From positions 989-64,988 of the forward strand of contig CAMTWV010000002.1 of NCBI GenBank assembly GCA_947085535.1: a stretch of DNA of 64,000 nucleotides. The letters run 5' to 3'. Position numbers and translations under genes: made by a program. A model generated the notes under the pieces. It did no database searches. It had not been told where the DNA came from and was given only the letters and a program-made list of their open reading frames with translations. Position 1 is the stretch's first letter, and each line of letters opens with the position of its first letter. The DNA comes from an uncultured Actinomycetes bacterium. GTDB lineage: Bacteria; Actinomycetota; Aquicultoria; Subteraquimicrobiales; CAMTWV01. Below are positions 16,936 through 26,445 of this stretch, one piece after another.

Positions 16936-18456
16936 GTGAAAATGATGACTAAAACGATAATGGTTCAGGGCACAGCCTCAAACGTTGGAAAAAGCTTAGT
17001 TGTTTGTGGGTTGTGCCGAATTTTTTCAAACAAGGGATACAAGGTTGCGCCCTATAAATCTCAAAATATGTCCTTAAATTCATATGTCACCAGTGATGGG
17101 AGCGAGATTGCATTAGCTCAGGTGGTACAAGCTCAGGCAGCTCGTGTTGAGCCAACGGTAAATATGAATCCTGTTCTGCTTAAACCAAAGAAAGACTATA
17201 AATCCCAGGTTATAATTCATGGAAAATCTGTTGGTGATATGACGGCGCAAGAATATCATAGAGAATTTAGAAATGATGCTTGGGAAAAAATGATGACATC
17301 TCTTAAAAAATTAAAGAATGAGTACGATGTGGTTGTCATAGAGGGTGCGGGAAGTCCTGCTGAAGTAAATTTGCGCGATTTCGATATAGTTAATATGGCA
17401 ATAGCAAAAGCCGCTGAAGCTCCAGTTTTGCTCGTTGCTGATATTGACAAGGGCGGAGCGCTTGCCTCAATTGTTGGAACCCTCAATTTAATTGAACCCG
17501 AGGAAAAAGAACTCATTAATGGCATAATAATTAATAAATTTAGGGGGGACAGGGAGCTTCTTGAACCTGCTTTGGATTTTTTGGAAAAACGCACCGGTAA
17601 GCCCATTTTAGGAGTCGTTCCATACGTTCACGATATTGGGATTCAAGAAGAGGATTCGATACCCGTTTTAGAAATGGGAGATAGAACTGCTGAAATTGAT
17701 ATTGCCGTCATAAGGTTGCCTCACATCTCAAATTTTACCGACTTCGATTATTTAGCAAGAGAGAATGGAGTAAAAATAAGGTATGTAAGCTCAAGGAGCA
17801 GGCTTGAAAACCCCGATGCGATAATAATTCCTGGCAGCAAGAACACTGTTGAAGATTTGATGTGGCTTTGGACAAACGGTTTTGCTGAAAAAATTAAGAA
17901 ATTAAACAATTCAGGAGTCCCCATAATTGGAATTTGTGGTGGCTATCAAATGCTGGGAAAGAAATTGTACGATCCTGAAAGTTTAGAATCAAAACACAAA
18001 GAGATTGAGGGTTTAGGGTTCTTACCCGTAGTTACGTATTTTTCAAAAGAAAAAATTACGGAGCAGGTAAAAGCATGTTTTGTGCGACCACTGAAGCTTT
18101 TTCCTGGGACAGAGGGACGCAAATTCGTTGGTTACGAAATCCATTCCGGAAGGACGAAGCTTTTAGAAGGCACCCCCGTTTTATCAATCCGTCGGGGAGT
18201 GCGAAAAGGTAATGTAGGAGATGGAGTGGTGAGCTCAAGCGAACTAGTCTTCGGCACTTATATCCATGACTTATTTGTTAATGAAGACATAAGAAGAGCG
18301 TTTATCAATAATCTTCGAGCAAGAAAAAAATTACTTCCTTTGGAAACAGAACCCATTGATAATATTGAGTTCCGAGAGAATAATTTTGAGCGCTGGGCTT
18401 CAGTTTTAAATGAGAATTTGGACATTAAAAAGATATTTGAATTGGCGGGGATTTAA
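16936..18456 (+). CDS. cobQ: Cobyric acid synthase
   Basis: 506 aa. IMVQGTASNVGKS P-loop-like N-terminus, EGAGSPAE, and a C-terminal glutamine amidotransferase domain (GICGGYQMLG). Confidence 0.9.
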   Translation: MKMMTKTIMVQGTASNVGKSLVVCGLCRIFSNKGYKVAPYKSQNMSLNSYVTSDGSEIALAQVVQAQAARVEPTVNMNPVLLKPKKDYKSQVIIHGKSVGDMTAQEYHREFRNDAWEKMMTSLKKLKNEYDVVVIEGAGSPAEVNLRDFDIVNMAIAKAAEAPVLLVADIDKGGALASIVGTLNLIEPEEKELINGIIINKFRGDRELLEPALDFLEKRTGKPILGVVPYVHDIGIQEEDSIPVLEMGDRTAEIDIAVIRLPHISNFTDFDYLARENGVKIRYVSSRSRLENPDAIIIPGSKNTVEDLMWLWTNGFAEKIKKLNNSGVPIIGICGGYQMLGKKLYDPESLESKHKEIEGLGFLPVVTYFSKEKITEQVKACFVRPLKLFPGTEGRKFVGYEIHSGRTKLLEGTPVLSIRRGVRKGNVGDGVVSSSELVFGTYIHDLFVNEDIRRAFINNLRARKKLLPLETEPIDNIEFRENNFERWASVLNENLDIKKIFELAGI

Positions 18457-19421
18457 TGAATGAAATTGTTTTGCAAGTTCTGGCCGCATTTATTCTCGAT
18501 ATAACGATTGCGGACCCAGCCTTCTTTCCCCATCCTGTAAAAACAGTTGGTTTCTTGATTACTAAGGCTGAGAATATTTTAAGACGTTTTTTGAAAGGTA
18601 GATTGGAATATTTCGGCGGACTAATCTTAACGTTTATAATTGTGGCCTTATCTTACTTTTCAGTCTATCTCATCTTATCTTTCGCGGGGAGAGTATCAAT
18701 TTTTTTAAATATGATTATGGGAGCGTATTTTATATATACAAGCATAGCATGCAGAGAGCTTGCTGATAGAGCCAAAGATGTTTTTAAAAATTTAAATGAG
18801 GGTCAGCTTGAGCTTGCGAGAAAAAACCTCTCAGGTTTGGTCGGAAGAGATACGTATAATTTAAGTTTTGAGGACGTGGGAAGGGCCGTTATTGAAACGA
18901 TAGCAGAAAATATAAATGATGCAGTTGTAGCCCCCTTGTTTTTTGCTTTTTTAGGTGGCGCTCCACTTGCTTTTGCCTATAGGGCTGCCAATACACTTGA
19001 CTCGATGGTGGGTTATAAAAATGAGAAATATGAAAAATTTGGCTTTGTTTCGGCAAAGCTCGACGATATATTAAGTTTTATTCCTGCTCGAATTACCGGG
19101 TTGCTTTTTGTGGCTGCTGCCTTAGTTTTTCGTAAAGATTTGGGTGGTTGTGTCAAAACGATGTTTAAAGACTCAAGAAAGCACTTGAGTCCAAATTCAG
19201 GGATTTCCGAAGCCGCCATGGCGGGGGCTTTGGGTGTTGAGTTGGGAGGCTTAAGTTTTTACGGAGGCAGTCCTGTTTTTAGAAGTAAGCTGGGAAACCC
19301 TATTCGTCCCATCACTTTTGACTGTATTTTGGAAGCTGTAAAAATTCACTATGCAATCTCCCTTTTTGCTTTACTATTGTTTGTGGGTGTTAGCTTGATT
19401 TTTGTTAGTTGGGGGTTTTAA
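18456..19421 (+). CDS. cbiB: Adenosylcobinamide-phosphate synthase
   Basis: Membrane protein with HPVKTVG, TLDSMVGYKN and SPNSGISEAAMAGALGVELGG motifs. Confidence 0.85.
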   Translation: MNEIVLQVLAAFILDITIADPAFFPHPVKTVGFLITKAENILRRFLKGRLEYFGGLILTFIIVALSYFSVYLILSFAGRVSIFLNMIMGAYFIYTSIACRELADRAKDVFKNLNEGQLELARKNLSGLVGRDTYNLSFEDVGRAVIETIAENINDAVVAPLFFAFLGGAPLAFAYRAANTLDSMVGYKNEKYEKFGFVSAKLDDILSFIPARITGLLFVAAALVFRKDLGGCVKTMFKDSRKHLSPNSGISEAAMAGALGVELGGLSFYGGSPVFRSKLGNPIRPITFDCILEAVKIHYAISLFALLLFVGVSLIFVSWGF

Positions 19422-19424
19422 GTT

Positions 19425-20165
19425 TTGAAATCCATAATTGCCGCTTTTCAGTTCCTAACCTCAATCCCTATTAAAACTAAAGGTGAGGTAAAACCTGATG
19501 TTTTAGGAAAGTCAGTTGCTTTCTTTCCCCTTGTGGGTTTGTTTTTAGGACTTATATTAGCCCTTTCAAACTGGCTTCTTCTTCATATATTTCCAAAAAT
19601 AGTCGTGGATGTTTTTTTAATTATTATCCTTACGTCTTTAGACGGAGGATTGCATTTAGACGGCTTTATGGATACTTGTGATGGACTGTTGGGCGGGAAG
19701 GGGAATAAAAAGAGAATTCTTGCGATAATGAAAGATAGCAACGTAGGCGCACACAGCGTAACTTGTGCGATTTCTTTATTTCTTCTCAAATTTGTACTTT
19801 TATATAGCTTGTTTGGCAAATTGAAGATTCTTGCTTTGGTAATAATGCCTTTGCTTGCCCGTTGGGCAGTCGTGCTTGCAATAGTCTTTTTCCCTTACGC
19901 GAGAAGTGAGGGAACGGGAAAAGTTTTTTCAGACTATAGCGGGATTAAAGAATTTATCATCGCAACCACCATCGCACTTTTAACGGTTTTTTTGACGCCT
20001 TATTCAATGCTTACATTGCTTGCGGTGCTTCTGGTCTCGTTAGTTATTGCCAGATATTTTTACTCGAAGATAGATGGTTTAACGGGGGATATTTATGGCG
20101 CACTGGTTGAAGTCAATGAGATTATCGTTCTCATGATATTTTTGGTGGGGGGTTATTTATGGTAG
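19425..20165 (+). CDS. cobS: Adenosylcobinamide-GDP ribazoletransferase (cobalamin synthase)
   Basis: Polytopic protein with FQFLTSIPI and GGLHLDGFMDTCDGL motifs. Confidence 0.85.
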   Translation: MKSIIAAFQFLTSIPIKTKGEVKPDVLGKSVAFFPLVGLFLGLILALSNWLLLHIFPKIVVDVFLIIILTSLDGGLHLDGFMDTCDGLLGGKGNKKRILAIMKDSNVGAHSVTCAISLFLLKFVLLYSLFGKLKILALVIMPLLARWAVVLAIVFFPYARSEGTGKVFSDYSGIKEFIIATTIALLTVFLTPYSMLTLLAVLLVSLVIARYFYSKIDGLTGDIYGALVEVNEIIVLMIFLVGGYLW

Positions 20166-21244
20166 CGCGGATTCACGGAGGAAACCTTGGAGAAGTTGCT
20201 CGCAGATACGGTCTTGATTCTAAAAAAATCCTTGATTTTAGCTCAAACATAAATCCCGACGGACCGCCCAAGGCCGTCATCAATTACTTAGGCCAAGTTA
20301 AAATAGAAGATGTTGTGAATTACCCGGACATGGATTGCGAGATTTTAAGGTCAGTCCTTGCCAAAAACCTTGGTTTAAAAGAGAGAAATTTGTTGATTAC
20401 CAACGGTTCTTCCGAAGCCATATTTTTGCTTGCCAATCACTTCCGCCCAAAAAAAGCGTTGGTTATATCGCCGACTTTTTGTGAGTACGAAATTGCTGTT
20501 GTTTCCACCGGCGGCAAAATAGAGAATCTGAATTTACAAAGGGATAAAAATTTTGCTTTATCGCTCGATTCGATGATGCCGCAACTTAAAGAGGTTGAGA
20601 TGCTTTTTCTTTGCAATCCAAATAACCCCACGGGAAATATTTATTCTCGGGACACCCTCATTAAATTGCTAGAGAAGACGAACAAAGAAGGTGTGTTTTG
20701 CGTGATTGATGAAGCTTTCATAGACTTTGCTGAAGATAAGGAGAGCTATACTTTAAAGCCGCTGGTGAATGACTTCAATAATTTTGCCGTTTTGGGCTCT
20801 CTTACCAAATTTTACTCTTTGGCTGGATTGAGGATTGGATATATTGTCTCTGGTGATGTTTTAATATCTGAATTGAAAAGCAGGGTGCCTGCCTGGAATG
20901 TTAATGCTATTGCTCAAAAGGCTGCCATTCTTGCGCTTAAAGATAGAGTCTTTGAGCAATCTACCTTTGAAAAGAACACAAGAGCACGGGATAGACTTTT
21001 TTCCTTGCTTACTGGCATTTCTTATTTAAAGGCCTACCCATCACAAGCCAATTTTTTGTTAGTTGAAATTAATCGAGATGCATTCGATTTGGGAGAGTTT
21101 TATTCAAGACTTCTTAGGCGCAGTTTTTATGTAAGAAACTGCGCTTCATTTGACGGTCTCTCAGAGAGATTTTTTAGAGTGGCTGTAAGAAGTGAAGAAG
21201 AAAATCTAAAATTGGTCGAAGCAATTAAAGAAATTTTAACCTAA
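20159..21244 (+). CDS. cobD: L-threonine-O-3-phosphate decarboxylase (class I/II aminotransferase fold)
   Basis: IHGGN...ILDFSSNINPDGPP N-terminus, CNPNNPTG, SLTKFYSLAGLRIGY (PLP lysine). Located inside the cob cluster. Confidence 0.75.
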   Translation: MVARIHGGNLGEVARRYGLDSKKILDFSSNINPDGPPKAVINYLGQVKIEDVVNYPDMDCEILRSVLAKNLGLKERNLLITNGSSEAIFLLANHFRPKKALVISPTFCEYEIAVVSTGGKIENLNLQRDKNFALSLDSMMPQLKEVEMLFLCNPNNPTGNIYSRDTLIKLLEKTNKEGVFCVIDEAFIDFAEDKESYTLKPLVNDFNNFAVLGSLTKFYSLAGLRIGYIVSGDVLISELKSRVPAWNVNAIAQKAAILALKDRVFEQSTFEKNTRARDRLFSLLTGISYLKAYPSQANFLLVEINRDAFDLGEFYSRLLRRSFYVRNCASFDGLSERFFRVAVRSEEENLKLVEAIKEILT

Positions 21245-21264
21245 GATTAAAGGAGGAATATTAA

Positions 21265-22320
21265 TTGAATCTAGAGGTCGCAAAAAGTAAGGTCAAATCG
21301 CTAAATAAAGAGGCGATGGAGCTTGCCCAAAAAAGGCTTGACTCTTTAACGAAACCCCTTGGAAGCTTGGGTGTTTTAGAAGAAATTGCCAAAAAGCTTG
21401 CGGGAATTACAGGAAATCCTCAACCCAAAATCGGGAAGAAAACAATAATCGTTATGGCTGGTGATCACGGTGTTGTTGAAGAGGGAGTGAGTGCTTATCC
21501 TCAAGAAGTAACTCCCCAGATGGTTTACAACTTTTTAAATGGTGGAGCGGGAATCAATGTTTTGGCAAGACATGTGGGCGCAGATGTTAAAGTGGTTGAC
21601 ATTGGAGTAGCTGCTCCTCTTGAGGCGCCAGGATTGATTTCTTGCAAGGTAAAAATGGGCACCAATAATATGGCTAAAGGACCGGCTATGTCGAAAGAAG
21701 AAGCTATTAGGGCAATTGAGGCAGGCATAAAGGTAGCTGAAGAAGTTATTAAAAAAGGCACTGACCTTTTAGGTGTTGGTGATATGGGAATAGGCAACAC
21801 AACACCAAGTTCAGCCATTTTAAGCGTGATGGGCAATTTACCTGTGGAAGAAGTAGTTGGTCGGGGTACAGGAATTAATGATGAAAGACTGAAGGCAAAG
21901 ATACTGGCTATTAAGAAGGCGATTGAAATAAACAAACCAAATTCAGGAAATGCGCTCGATGTACTGGCAAAAGTGGGTGGGCTTGAGATAGGGGGAATTG
22001 CTGGGTGTATAATTGGAGCAGCCGCCAATCGTATTCCTGTAGTAATCGATGGGTTTATTTCAGGAGCGGCTGCTTTAATCGCGACCGGAATTGTTCCTGA
22101 AACAAAGGATTTTATGATTGCCTCACATGTTTCAGCGGAGCAAGGACACAAGAAGATACTTGAATTGCTGGGTTTAAAACCAATTCTTTTTATGGATATG
22201 CGACTAGGGGAGGGAACAGGTGCAACTTTGGCTATGAATATTGTTGAGGCAGCAACTAAAATTGTGAATGAAATGGCGACTTTTCAAAACGCAGGTGTAT
22301 CTGAGAAAGTAGAAGATTAA
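21265..22320 (+). CDS. cobT: Nicotinate-nucleotide--dimethylbenzimidazole phosphoribosyltransferase
   Basis: LTKPLGSLGVLEE, AGDHGV, GDMGIGNTT and LGEGTGA motifs. Confidence 0.9.
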   Translation: MNLEVAKSKVKSLNKEAMELAQKRLDSLTKPLGSLGVLEEIAKKLAGITGNPQPKIGKKTIIVMAGDHGVVEEGVSAYPQEVTPQMVYNFLNGGAGINVLARHVGADVKVVDIGVAAPLEAPGLISCKVKMGTNNMAKGPAMSKEEAIRAIEAGIKVAEEVIKKGTDLLGVGDMGIGNTTPSSAILSVMGNLPVEEVVGRGTGINDERLKAKILAIKKAIEINKPNSGNALDVLAKVGGLEIGGIAGCIIGAAANRIPVVIDGFISGAAALIATGIVPETKDFMIASHVSAEQGHKKILELLGLKPILFMDMRLGEGTGATLAMNIVEAATKIVNEMATFQNAGVSEKVED

Positions 22321-22321
22321 G

Positions 22322-22942
22322 ATGACTAAGGTTTTTTTAATCAGGCATGGAGAAACTGAATGGAATGCAAAAGGAAAGTACCTTGGTTTAACGGATCTTC
22401 CTTTAACTAAAAAAGGAGAAGCACAAGCTAATGCGTTAGCTAAATATCTGGCGAAAGAACCAATATCGATGCTATATTGTAGTGCCCTTAAGCGAGCCAG
22501 GGGCACTGCGGAAGCAATTGCGGAAGAAAAGGATCTTGAGATTTTTGTCGACCCTGACCTTAATGAGATTGATTTTGGTAATTGGGAAGGTTTAACTTAC
22601 GCTGAAATTAAAGCAAAATATGGTGATTTAGTTGATAGCTGGTTTAAAAATACTTCGAAAGTAAGCATTCCCGGTGGCGAATCCTGGTCTTTGTTTGAAT
22701 CAAGGATAAATAGAGCAATTTCTTCTATAATTAGAAAAAGTTACGGAGAAACCATAGCGGTTGTTGCACATGGTGGCGTAATTAAGGTAATACTCAGTAA
22801 GATTTTAGGGACTGAGGTAAGTTTTTGGCGAATAAGGCAGGATAAAGGGGCTTTAAATATTGTTGAGTTTTTTGATGATGGGTTAGCTACGGTAACATTA
22901 ATGAACAGTACTTGTTATCAGGATCATGTTGTTTTTGATTGA
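22322..22942 (+). CDS. cobC: Alpha-ribazole phosphatase (histidine phosphatase family)
   Basis: IRHGETEWN catalytic motif and VVAHGGVI. Position directly after cobT. Confidence 0.75.
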   Translation: MTKVFLIRHGETEWNAKGKYLGLTDLPLTKKGEAQANALAKYLAKEPISMLYCSALKRARGTAEAIAEEKDLEIFVDPDLNEIDFGNWEGLTYAEIKAKYGDLVDSWFKNTSKVSIPGGESWSLFESRINRAISSIIRKSYGETIAVVAHGGVIKVILSKILGTEVSFWRIRQDKGALNIVEFFDDGLATVTLMNSTCYQDHVVFD

Positions 22943-22976
22943 GTTTTTTGAAGATAAAATGTTAGAATAAAATGCT

Positions 22977-24122
22977 TTGTATTTAAACGGAAAGGCGATC
23001 AAATTGAAGAAAATATGTCGCCGCGAATTAGAAAACTTAAAACCATATGTGCCTGGTAAGTCCATAGAAGAGATTAAACGTGAGCTTGAGCTTAAGGAAG
23101 TTGTAAAGCTTGCTTCCAACGAAACTCCTTTACCACCCTTTCCTGAGGCTATTTTGGCGATGGAAAAAGCTCTGCGAGAAGTTAACCGATATCCTGATGA
23201 TAGGTGTATGACGTTAAAAAATAAACTTTCTGGTTTCTTAAAAATACCACTTGAAAACATAATAATTGGTCGAGGTTCTAATGAGCTCATAAAATTAATT
23301 GCTCAGGTTATTCTTTATCCAGGAGACGAAGTTGTTACTTCAACGCCTACTTTTGCTTTTTATAAAATGGCAACAAAAATAATGGGTGGTGTTTGCCGGG
23401 AGGTGCCTCTTAAAAATTTTAAGCACGATTTTAATGGCATTTTGAGAGAAATTACGGAAAAAACTAAGATAATTATGCTGGATATCCCAAACAACCCGAC
23501 AGGAACTATTGTTTTTCAGGATGAATTGGATAATTTTTTAACTGGTTTACCTGAAGGAATCGTGGTTATTCTGGACCAGGCATATTTTGAGTATGTGGGC
23601 GATAAAAGATATCCTGATGGTATCAATTATTTCAGGAAAGGCGGTTTTTCCCCCACTGAGATGGAATTAAAACCAATTGTAGTTTTGCGAACTTTTTCAA
23701 AAATATATAGTCTGGCGGGATGTCGCATTGGTTACGGCGTAGCTCCTGAATTCCTTGTTGAGGTAGTAAACAAAATGCGTGAACCGTTTAATGTAAGCTC
23801 AGTGGCTCAGGCAGGTGCTTTAGCCAGTTTAAATTGCCAGAATGAAGTTGAGAGACGAAAAGCTGTTAATTTTGAACAAAAACAATATCTCTACCATGAA
23901 CTCAATAGGTTAGGGGTTATGTATATTTCTACAGAAGCAAATTTTATATTTATAAATGTGGGGAAAGACTCGCAAGAGATATTTGAAAAATTGCTTTTTG
24001 AGGGCATAATAATAAGAACAGGAAATATTTTCGGCGGGGGTTATGAGAATTATATCCGAGTAAGCATTGGAACGGCCGAGGAAAACAAAAAATTTATTAG
24101 AGCGTTAAGTAAAGTACTTTAA
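22977..24122 (+). CDS. hisC: Histidinol-phosphate/aromatic aminotransferase
   Basis: LENLKPYVPGK, IPNNPTGT and RTFSKIYSLAGCRIGY motifs. A TTG near 23004 behind ggaaagg is a plausible alternative start. Followed by aro genes. Confidence 0.8.
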   Translation: MYLNGKAIKLKKICRRELENLKPYVPGKSIEEIKRELELKEVVKLASNETPLPPFPEAILAMEKALREVNRYPDDRCMTLKNKLSGFLKIPLENIIIGRGSNELIKLIAQVILYPGDEVVTSTPTFAFYKMATKIMGGVCREVPLKNFKHDFNGILREITEKTKIIMLDIPNNPTGTIVFQDELDNFLTGLPEGIVVILDQAYFEYVGDKRYPDGINYFRKGGFSPTEMELKPIVVLRTFSKIYSLAGCRIGYGVAPEFLVEVVNKMREPFNVSSVAQAGALASLNCQNEVERRKAVNFEQKQYLYHELNRLGVMYISTEANFIFINVGKDSQEIFEKLLFEGIIIRTGNIFGGGYENYIRVSIGTAEENKKFIRALSKVL

Positions 24123-24168
24123 GCAGTTAACAGTTAGGAGTTAGCTGCAAGGGTAAAGGGTAATAGTT

Positions 24169-24200
24169 AATGAAAAATGGAGAATGAAAAACTAAAAACG
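24169..24200. repeat. Intergenic word AATGAAAAAYGGAGAATGAA, copy 2
   Basis: aatgaaaaatggagaatgaaaaactaaaaacg. The first 20 nt differ from 8547-8566 at one position. Confidence 0.5.
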
Positions 24201-24298
24201 CTGGAGGCTGGCAGCTGGAGGTTGGTTTAGATATTAGCTATTAAGGCCGTAAGGCCGAGCCACATAGACATTGCTATTCTATAACGAGGTGAAAAAAG

Positions 24299-25318
24299 AT
24301 GATAATTGTGATGAAGCAAGGCGCAAGTCAAACTGAAATTGAACATGTACTGGAAAGATTAAAAGCTGTTGGTGTGGACACCGATGTTTCCAGGGGAAAG
24401 TACCGAACGGTAATTGGTGTTATTGGCGAGGAAGAAGTTGTTGCCTCTCTTCCTTTAATTGCTATGCCTGGCGTTGAGAAAGTGATGCCAGTTTTGAAAC
24501 CATATCGATTGGTGAGTCGAGAATTTAAACAAGAAGACACAGTGATAAAAATTAACGAAAAATTAATAGGCGGAGAGTACTTTGGTGTTATAGCAGGTCC
24601 TTGTTCTGTTGAAACTGAGGAGCAGGTTGTCGAAATAGCTAAGAAAGTAAAAGCGGCAGGAGCAACGATGTTAAGAGGAGGCGCTTTCAAGCCTCGAACC
24701 TCACCCTACAGTTTTCAAGGGTTAGGGGAGGAAGGTTTAAAAATACTGGCAAAAGCAAGAGAAATTACAGGACTTCCTGTGGTTACCGAGGTTATGGATA
24801 CACGTGATGTTGATTTGGTAGCTGAATATGCCGATGTGCTTCAAATTGGGACACGTAACATGCAGAATTTTATTTTGCTTACCGCTGCGGGGAAACAGCC
24901 TAAACCAGTGTTGTTAAAGAGGGGATTTAGTAATACCGTTGAGGAATTTTTAATGGCGGCAGAGTATGTTGTTAAAGCGGGTAATGAAGATGTTATTCTT
25001 TGCGAGCGGGGCATTCGAACTTTTGAGACTGCAACAAGAAATACTCTCGATTTAAGCGCGATTCCGGTAGTTCAGAGCTTAAGCCATCTTCCAATAATTG
25101 TTGACCCAAGCCACGCTACAGGTCGGAGTGATTTAGTGGTTCCCTTAAGTCTGGCGGCTATTTCTTGCGGAGCTAACGGCATAATAATTGAAGTGCATAA
25201 TTCCCCTGAAAATGCTCTTTGTGATGGACCTCAGTCTTTGACACCGGATGCTTTTGCTAAGATGATGAAGCAGGTTAAGATGCTTCTTGAATTTTTCTCC
25301 AAAAAGCTGGGAAGCTAA
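24299..25318 (+). CDS. aroF: 3-deoxy-7-phosphoheptulonate (DAHP) synthase, type I-beta, with an N-terminal ferredoxin-like regulatory domain
   Basis: N-terminus MIIVMKQGASQTEIEHVLERLKAVG, as in the Thermotoga-type enzyme. Then GPCSVE, KPRTSPYSFQG and DPSH motifs. Confidence 0.85.
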   Translation: MIIVMKQGASQTEIEHVLERLKAVGVDTDVSRGKYRTVIGVIGEEEVVASLPLIAMPGVEKVMPVLKPYRLVSREFKQEDTVIKINEKLIGGEYFGVIAGPCSVETEEQVVEIAKKVKAAGATMLRGGAFKPRTSPYSFQGLGEEGLKILAKAREITGLPVVTEVMDTRDVDLVAEYADVLQIGTRNMQNFILLTAAGKQPKPVLLKRGFSNTVEEFLMAAEYVVKAGNEDVILCERGIRTFETATRNTLDLSAIPVVQSLSHLPIIVDPSHATGRSDLVVPLSLAAISCGANGIIIEVHNSPENALCDGPQSLTPDAFAKMMKQVKMLLEFFSKKLGS

Positions 25319-26445
25319 TGAGTGATGACTTTAAAAGAGTAACTATTATAGGAATTGGTCTAATTGGCGGCTCCTTAGGAATGGCTATTAAAAACCTACC
25401 AGACCATCCAGAAGTCGTTGGTGTTGGTAGACGTGAAGAGGTTATTGAAGAAGCTGTTTCCTTAGGAGCAATAGATCGGGGAACAATCTTTTTTGACGAA
25501 GGCGTTAAAGACGCTGACCTTGTTTTTGCTGCCACTCCTGTCAGTACAATCGTTGATGTTGTTAAACGCGTAATTCCGCTTTTAAAAAAAGGAACGATTA
25601 TAACTGATGCTGGCAGCACAAAGGCTTCAATTGTGAGAGAAATTGAGAAGGTTTTACCCCCCAACTTGCATTTTATTGGGGGACACCCTATGACAGGTTC
25701 AGAAAAAACAGGCGTATCAGCCGCAAGTCCAAACCTTTTTAAAAATTCTTACTACATTCTTACTCCAAGTGCTCGAACGGATATGAACGCATTTCGTCGC
25801 CTTCATGCACTTCTCACAAAATTAGGTTCTAATGTTATTGCTATTGATTCAGAGAAGCATGATAAAATTATGGCTGTGATTAGTCATCTTCCTCACCTGG
25901 CGGCAGCTTCTCTTGTTAATTTAGCCAGCAAAGAAGTTGCTCGCGAAGAAAACCTCCTTTTTTTGGCTGCCGGGGGGTTTAGAGACACCACTCGAATTGC
26001 GGCAGGGAGTTCTGAGGTTTGGGCTGATATTTGCGAGGAAAACAGAGAAGCTATTTTACAGATGATTCAAAGCTTTCAAAAAGAATTAAATGAGTACGCT
26101 GATTTTTTGAAAAATAGAAGTAAAGAAAAGTTAGAAGAAAAATTGAATCGGGCTCGAAAGGTAAGACGGAGCATGCCCACCACAGCAAAAAAAGATCTTT
26201 CTGATATGTGCGAGGTTATAGTTTCTGTTACCGATAGACCTGGTATCATTAGTGATATAACTTTGACCATTGGTAATCTTGGAATTAACATAGAGGATAT
26301 TGAAATTTTACATACCACAGAGGTTTCAGGAGTTTTAAGATTGGTTATATGCGGGAAAGAGAATGCTAGTAAAGTAGCTGAAGCGCTAAGAGACAACGGT
26401 TATGAAGTTGAGATTCGAAATATTTATAACAGGGAGATGAAGTGA
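25318..26445 (+). CDS. tyrA: Prephenate dehydrogenase with a C-terminal ACT domain
   Basis: Rossmann motif IIGIGLIGGSLG, GGHPMTGSE and VISHLPH. C-terminal ACT-like segment VSVTDRPGIISDITLTIG. Confidence 0.85.
   Translation: MSDDFKRVTIIGIGLIGGSLGMAIKNLPDHPEVVGVGRREEVIEEAVSLGAIDRGTIFFDEGVKDADLVFAATPVSTIVDVVKRVIPLLKKGTIITDAGSTKASIVREIEKVLPPNLHFIGGHPMTGSEKTGVSAASPNLFKNSYYILTPSARTDMNAFRRLHALLTKLGSNVIAIDSEKHDKIMAVISHLPHLAAASLVNLASKEVAREENLLFLAAGGFRDTTRIAAGSSEVWADICEENREAILQMIQSFQKELNEYADFLKNRSKEKLEEKLNRARKVRRSMPTTAKKDLSDMCEVIVSVTDRPGIISDITLTIGNLGINIEDIEILHTTEVSGVLRLVICGKENASKVAEALRDNGYEVEIRNIYNREMK

Noticed and set aside
21525-22151. 208-aa ORF on the minus strand, inside cobT
   Set aside because: It lies fully antisense to a well-supported cobT gene. 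Its composition is low-complexity and rich in Ala, Pro, Ser and Ile, typical of a shadow frame. The same applies to the other long antisense ORFs: 2961-3320, 17256-17606, 22898-23290, 24328-24690, 25275-25664, 33774-34160 and 55777-56118.
20159-24122. Two HisC-family aminotransferase-fold genes close together, considered as a possible duplication artefact
   Set aside because: They are clearly different. The first has the CobD-type IHGGN...DFSSNINP N-terminus and sits in the cob cluster. The second has HisC-type motifs and precedes the aro genes. This is an ordinary arrangement.
24123-24298. Possible T-box or attenuator leader upstream of the aromatic amino-acid operon; also checked upstream of trpS at 7506-7529
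   Set aside because: There is no T-box sequence (AAUUAGGGUGGUACCGCG-like), no specifier-loop architecture, and no Trp/Phe/Tyr-rich leader peptide. The trpS spacer is only about 20 nt.
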